NCBI GenBank assembly: GCA_002633005.1
Contig: NMRA01000241.1
Coordinates: 569,304-610,986 of the forward strand
Reading direction: 5' to 3'
DNA length: 41,683 nucleotides
DNA from: Phoronis australis
Lineage: Eukaryota; Animalia; Phoronida
Part shown: positions 35,808 through 41,683 of the stretch, piece after piece
Numbering within the stretch: the first letter of the stretch is position 1
How the letters are laid out: each line of letters starts with the position of its first letter
Translations under genes and position numbers: made by a program
The notes under the pieces: generated by a model
Databases searched by the model: none
What the model was told of the DNA's origin: nothing
The model's input: the letters and a program-made list of their open reading frames with translations, nothing else

Positions 35808-37070
35808 AAAGAAAAAATTCGACTTCCAACGGTTGTGTTTTCGCCAATTGGCGCAAAACCCCGCACGACTTTGCCCTACCCCGAAAAACCGAGAATTTTA
35901 CTGAGATCCCGCCTCCTCAATTCAAACGCCTATTGCCGGAAAACTAACAGTTCAATATCCATGCCCCTCCGTTCCTAGGTCTTCTGGCCCTCTTTAAGTA
36001 GAGGAAAATAAAACAATTTGACCTTCAACGGTCGGGCTTTCATCAATCGGCGCAAAACCCCGCACAACTTTGCCCTACCCCGAAAAACCCAGAATTTTAC
36101 GGAGATTCCGCCTCTTCATTTCAAACCTATATTGCCGGAAAACTAACTGTTGAAAATCGATCCCTCTCCGTTTCTAGGTTTTCTGGCCCTTCTTCAGTAA
36201 AGTGAGGACAAGAAAAAGATTTGACTTTCAACGGTTGGTTTTTCGTCATTAGGCGCAAAACTCGGCACGACTTTGCCATGCCCCGAAAAACCGAGAATTT
36301 TACTGAGATTACGCCTCCTCACGTCAAATGTCTATCTCCGGAAAACAAATCGTTGAAAATCGCTGCCCTTCCGTTCCTAGGATCTCTGGCTCTCCCTCAG
36401 TAGAGGAAAAGAAACAAATTTGACTTTCAACTGTTGGGTTTTCAACAATCGGCGCAAAACCCTGCACATCTTTGCCCTACCCCTAAATACCGAGAATTTT
36501 ACTGAAATTTCCGCTTCCCCACTTCAAACGTCTATTGCCGGAAAACTAACCGTTGAAAATCCATGCCTATCCGTTCCTTGGTCCTCTGGCTCTCCTTCAG
36601 TAGGGGACAAGAAAAAATATTGACTTTCAACGGTTGCGTTTTCGTCAAACGGGGCAAAACTCCGCACGACTTTGCCCTACCCCGAAAAACCGAGAATTTT
36701 ACCGAGATTCCGCCTCCTCACTTCAAACGCCTATTGCCGGAAAACTAACCGTTGAAAATCGATGCCCTTCAGTTCCTAGGTTCTCTGGCCCTCCCTAAGT
36801 AGAAGAAAAGAGAACAAATTAAATTGTACTTTCAAAAGTTGGGGTTTCGTCAATTGGCGCAAAACCCCGCACAACTTTGCCCGACACCGAAAAACCGAGA
36901 ATTTTACGGAGATTCCGCCTGCTCAATTCAAACGCCTATTGCCGGAAAACTAAGCGTTGAAAATCGATGCCCCTCCGTTCATAGGTTTTCTGGCCCTTTC
37001 TTATTAGAGGAAAAGAAAAAAAATTGACTTTCAACGGTTGGGTTGTCGTCAATCGGCGCAAAACCCCGCA

Positions 37071-37296
37071 CGTGAGGCTTTACATATCAGTTGGTGCAAG
37101 CCCAATCTCAATAGGCAACTGACACACCACAGGTTGTCATTGTTGGTATAGTTCATTGTCACTCCCTGTAACTGACTGTATCTGTGCTTCATTACTTGTT
37201 GCTGGGCCTAGCTAGGTGGCCATTGTATTATGACTTCTGAGGATGGTGTTTAATAAATGACACCGAAACATGTCAAGTTTTAAATCCGTTGTTGTT
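37071..37296 (+). mobile_element. 5'-truncated Penelope-like element inserted in the satellite
   Basis: Encodes REALHISWCKPNLNRQLTHHRLSLLV* (GIY-YIG ORF C-terminus), then a 3' UTR with a hammerhead motif. It replaces ~65 bp of one satellite monomer. Confidence 0.8.
37232..37279 (+). ncRNA. Minimal type I hammerhead ribozyme
   Basis: GACTT-CTGAGGA-T-GGTGT[TTAATAAATG]ACACC-GAAA-CATG-TC^AAGTT. Core CUGAGGA/GAAA, stem II GGUGU/ACACC, palindromic stem III ACAUGU, GUC cleavage triplet and stem I ACUU/AAGU. Confidence 0.75.
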
Positions 37297-38185
37297 TTCG
37301 GGAAAACTAACTGTTGAAAATCGTTTCCCCTCCGCTTCTAGGTCCTCTGGCCATTCCTCAGTAGAGAAAAAGAAAAGAATTGACTTTCAACGGTTAAGTT
37401 TTCGTCAATTGGCACAAATCCCCGCACGACTTTGCCCTACCTCGAAAATCCGAGAATTTTACGGAGATTCCGCCTCCTCAGTTGAAACGTCTATTGCCGG
37501 AAAACTAACCGTTGAAAATCGATGCTCCTCCGTTCCTAGGTCCTCTGGCCCTGCGTCAGTAGAGGAAAAGAAAAAGAACTGACTTTCAACAGTTGAGTTT
37601 TCGGCAATCGGCGCAAAATCCCGCACAACTTTGCCCTACCTCGAAAAACCGAGAATTTTACGGAGATTCCGCCTCCTCAATTCAAACGCCTATTGCCGGA
37701 AAACTAAGCGTTGAAATTCGATGCCACTCCGTTCCTGGGTTCACTGGCCGTTTCTCATTAGAGGAAAGGAAAAAATTTGACTTTCAACGGTTGGGTTTTC
37801 GTCAATCGGCGCAAAATCCCGCACGACTTTGCCCTACCCCATTATACCGAGAATTTTACGGTGACTCCGCCTCTTCATTTCAAACGTCTATTGCCGAAAA
37901 AGTAAAAGTTGAAAATCGATGCTACTCCGTTCCTAGGTCCTCTGGCCCTGCCTCAGTAGAAGAAAATAAAAAAACTGACTTTCGATGTTTGGGTTTTCGT
38001 CAAACGGCGCAAAGATCTGCACGACTTTGCCCTACCCCGAAAAACCGAGAATTTTACGGAGATTCCACCTCTTCATTTCAAATGTTTATTGCCGGAAAAT
38101 CAACCCTTGAAAATCGATGAACCTGCGTTCCTGGTTCCTCTGGCCCTTTCTCATTAGAGGAAAAGAAAAAAATGACTTTCAACGG

Positions 38186-38241
38186 TTAGGGTTAGTGTTA
38201 GGGTTAGGGTTAGGGTTAGGGTTAGGGTTAGGGTTAGGGTT
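38186..38241 (+). repeat. (TTAGGG)n telomeric array, ~9 units, running into a gap
   Basis: Direct reading; one TTAGTG variant. Confidence 0.95.
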
Positions 38242-38818
38242 NNNNNNNNNNNNNNNNNNNNNNNNNNNNNNNNNNNNNNNNNNNNNNNNNNNNNNNNNNN
38301 NNNNNNNNNNNNNNNNNNNNNNNNNNNNNNNNNNNNNNNNNNNNNNNNNNNNNNNNNNNNNNNNNNNNNNNNNNNNNNNNNNNNNNNNNNNNNNNNNNNN
38401 NNNNNNNNNNNNNNNNNNNNNNNNNNNNNNNNNNNNNNNNNNNNNNNNNNNNNNNNNNNNNNNNNNNNNNNNNNNNNNNNNNNNNNNNNNNNNNNNNNNN
38501 NNNNNNNNNNNNNNNNNNNNNNNNNNNNNNNNNNNNNNNNNNNNNNNNNNNNNNNNNNNNNNNNNNNNNNNNNNNNNNNNNNNNNNNNNNNNNNNNNNNN
38601 NNNNNNNNNNNNNNNNNNNNNNNNNNNNNNNNNNNNNNNNNNNNNNNNNNNNNNNNNNNNNNNNNNNNNNNNNNNNNNNNNNNNNNNNNNNNNNNNNNNN
38701 NNNNNNNNNNNNNNNNNNNNNNNNNNNNNNNNNNNNNNNNNNNNNNNNNNNNNNNNNNNNNNNNNNNNNNNNNNNNNNNNNNNNNNNNNNNNNNNNNNNN
38801 NNNNNNNNNNNNNNNNNN
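38242..38818. other. Assembly gap (Ns)
   Basis: Run of N. Confidence 1.
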
Positions 38819-41683
38819 AAAAGAATTGACTTTCAACATTTAAGTTTCCGTCAATATTCGCAAAAGCCCGCACAACTTTGCCCTACCCCGAAAAAACCGG
38901 GAATTTTACGGAGATTCCGCCTCCTCATATCAAACGTCTATTGCCGAAAAACTAACCGTTGAAAATCGATGCCCCTCCGTTCCTAGGTCCTCTGGCCCTC
39001 CATCAGTAGAGGAAAAGAAAAAAACTTGACTTTCAACGGTTGAGTTTTCGTCAATCGGCACAAAACACCGCACGACTTTGCCCTACTTCGAAAAACAAAG
39101 AATTTTACGGAGATTCCGCCTCCTTATTTCAAACGTCTATTTTCGGAAAACTAACTGTTAAAATCGATTCCCCTCCGCTCCTAGGTCCTCTGGCCATCTC
39201 TCAGTAGAGAAAAAGAAAAAAAATGACTTTCAACATTTAAGTTTCCGTCAATCGGTGCAAAACCCGCACAACTTTGCCCTACCTCGAAAAACCGAGAATT
39301 TTACTTAGATTTCGCCTCCTCAATTCAAACGTCTATTGCCGGAAAACTAACTGTTGAAAATCAATGCCCCTCCGTTTCTAGGTACTCTGGCCATCTCTCA
39401 GTAGAGGAAAAGAAAAAAATGACTTTCAACTTTTGGGTTTTCGTCAATTCCCGAAAAACCCCGCACAACTTTGCCCTAACTCGAAAAACCGAGAATTTTA
39501 CGGAGATTCCGCCTCCCCGATTCAAACGTCTATTGCCGAAAAACTAACCGTTGAAAATCTATGCCCCTCCGTTCCTAGGTCCCTTGGCCCTTCTTCAGTA
39601 GAGGAAAAGAAAAAAGTTGACTTTCAACATTTAAGTTTCCGTCAATCGGTGCAAAACCCCGCACAACTTTGCCCCACCTCGAAAAACCAAGAATTTTACG
39701 GAGATTCCCCCTCCTTAGTTGAAACGTCTATTGCCGGAAAAATAACCGTTGAAATTCGATGTTCCTCCGTTCCTAGGTCCTCTGGCCCTCCTTCAGTAGA
39801 GGAAAAGAAAAAGAATTGACTTTCAACGGTTGAGTTTTCGTCAATCGGCGCAAAACCGCGCACTACTTTGAACTACCCCGAAAAACCGAGAACTTTACGG
39901 AGATTCCGCCTCCCCAATTCAAACGTCTATTGCCGGAAAACTAACCGTTGAAAACCTATGCTCCTCCATTCCTAGGTCCTCTGGTCCTCCATCAGTAGAG
40001 GATAAGAAAAAGAATTGACTTTCAACATTTAAGTTTCCGTCAATATTCGCAAAAGCCCGCACAACTTTGCCCTACCCCGAAAAAACCGAGAATTTTACGG
40101 AGATTCCGCCTCCTCAATTCAAACGTCTATTGCCGAAAAACTAACCGTTGAAAATCGATGCCCCTCCGTTCCTGGGTCCTCTGGCCCTCCGTCAGTAGAG
40201 GAAAAGAAAAAGATACGACTTTCAACTGTTGAGTTTTCGTCAATTAGCGCAAAACCGCGACCGACTTCGCCCTACCTCGAAAAACCGAGAATTTTACGGA
40301 GATTCCCCCTTCTTAGTTGAAACGTCTATTGCCGGAAAAATAACCGTTGAAATTCGATGTTCCTCCGTTCCTAGGTCCTCTGGCCCTCCTTTAGTAGAGG
40401 AAAAGAAAAGAATTGACTTTCAACGGTTGAGTTTTCGTCAATCGGCGCAAAACCGCGCACTACTTTGAACTAACCCGAAAAACCGAGAACTTTACGGAGA
40501 TTCCGCCTCCCCACTTCAAACGTCTATTGCCGGAAAACTAACCGTTGAAAACCTATGCTCCTCCATTCCTAGGTCCTCTGGTCCTCCATCAGTAGAGGAA
40601 AAGAAAAAGAATTGACTTTCAACATTTAAGTTTCCGTCAATATTCGCAAAAGCCCGCACAACTTTGCCCTACCCCGAAAAAACCGGGAATTTTACGGAGA
40701 TTCCGCCTCCTCATATCAAACGTCTATTGTCGAAAAACTAACCGTTGAAAATCGATGCCGCTCCGTTCCTAGGTCCTCTGGCCCTCCATCAGTAGAGGAA
40801 AAGAAAAAGATATGACTTTCAACTGTTGAGTTTTCGTCAATTAGTGCAAAACCGCGACCGACTTCGCCCTACCTCGAAAAACCGAGAATTTTACGGAGAT
40901 TCCGCCTCCTCAGTTCAAACGTCTATTGCTGAAAAACTGACCGTTGAAAGTCGATGCCCCTCCTTTCCTAGGTCCTCTAGCCTTCCCTCAGTAGAGAAAA
41001 GGAAAAAGAATTGACTTTCAACAGTTAAGTTTTCGTCAATCGGCACAAAGCCCCGCACGACTTTGCCCTACCCCGAAAAACCGAGAATTTTACGGACATT
41101 CCGCTTCCTCAGTTGAAACGTCTATTGCCGGAAAACTAACAGTGGAAAATCGATGCTCCTCCGTTCCTAGGTCCTCTGGCCCTCCATCAGTAGAGGAAAA
41201 GAAAAAGAATTGACTTTCAACGGTTGAGTTTTCGACAATTGGTGCAAAACCGCGCACTACTTTGCCCTACCCCGAAAAACCGAGAATTTTACGGAGATTC
41301 CGCCTCCTCAATTCCAACGTCTATTGCCGGAAAACTAACCATTTTCAAAGATTAGTTTTCCGGCAACTGAGGAGGCGGAATCTCCGTAAAATTCTCAATT
41401 TTTCGAGGTAGGGCAAAGTCGTGCGGGGCTTTGTGCGGATTGACGAAACCATAACCTTTGAAACTCATTTTTTTCTTTTCCCCTACTGAAGAAGGGCCAG
41501 AATACCTAGGAACGGAGGGGCATCGATTTTCAACAGTTAGTTTTTCAGCAATAGACGTTTGAATTGAGGAGGCGGAACTTCCGCAAAATTCTCGGTTTTT
41601 CGAGGTAGGGCAAAGTCGTGCGCGGTTTTGCGCCAATTGACGAAAACTCACACGTTGAAAGTCAATTCTTTTTCTTTTCCTGT
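38819..41683. repeat. ~199-bp satellite, block 2 (forward to 41340, inverted from 41341)
   Basis: Anchors at 38828, 39028, 39225, 39421, 39619, 39818, 40017, 40217, 40415, 40614, 40814, 41013 and 41212. Monomers after 41341 are reverse-complemented. Confidence 0.95.

Larger units (their letters stand above)
35808..38185 (+). repeat. ~199-bp satellite, block 1 (~11 monomers, more diverged)
   Basis: The GACTTTCAA anchor (or a close variant) occurs at 35821, 36020, 36223, 36422, 36622, ~36827, 37026, 37382, 37581, 37779, 37977 and 38174. Confidence 0.95.

Noticed and set aside
41480-41525. Hammerhead in the reverse satellite strand (CTGAAGA..GGAAC)
   Set aside because: It lacks GAAA and the UH site, and CTGANGA is not conserved among monomers.
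36221-41651. Repeated ORFs (MSFRQ.., NREFYGDS..)
   Set aside because: Chance translations of satellite monomers; frames break from copy to copy.

Overview
Eukaryotic genomic DNA, most likely from an invertebrate animal (GT-AG introns, TTAGGG repeats). There are two assembly gaps, at 20348-21142 and 38242-38818. The only host gene I can support is a 7-coding-exon, minus-strand SLC25A42-type mitochondrial CoA carrier (CDS 30376->4161, 1023 nt, 340 aa, all splice phases consistent). Its introns and flanks hold many decayed mobile elements: three Penelope-like fragments, two TTAA-flanked Kolobok-like mini-elements with convergent THAP and acidic stubs, a TA-flanked CCGTA mariner/pogo-type element carrying a HIRAN-like fragment, an internally deleted Gypsy element with a 5-bp TSD, a LOA/Lian-like LINE, a Helentron-type HINE, tRNA-derived elements, MITEs and minisatellites. 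From about 35.8 kb the window is a ~199-bp satellite mixed with TTAGGG tracts, probably subtelomeric. The satellite has an internal dyad, a trimeric higher-order repeat, a fold-back inversion, a direct satellite-to-TTAGGG junction and an inserted Penelope 3' end with an intact minimal hammerhead ribozyme. All calls were made by eye and no database searches were run.
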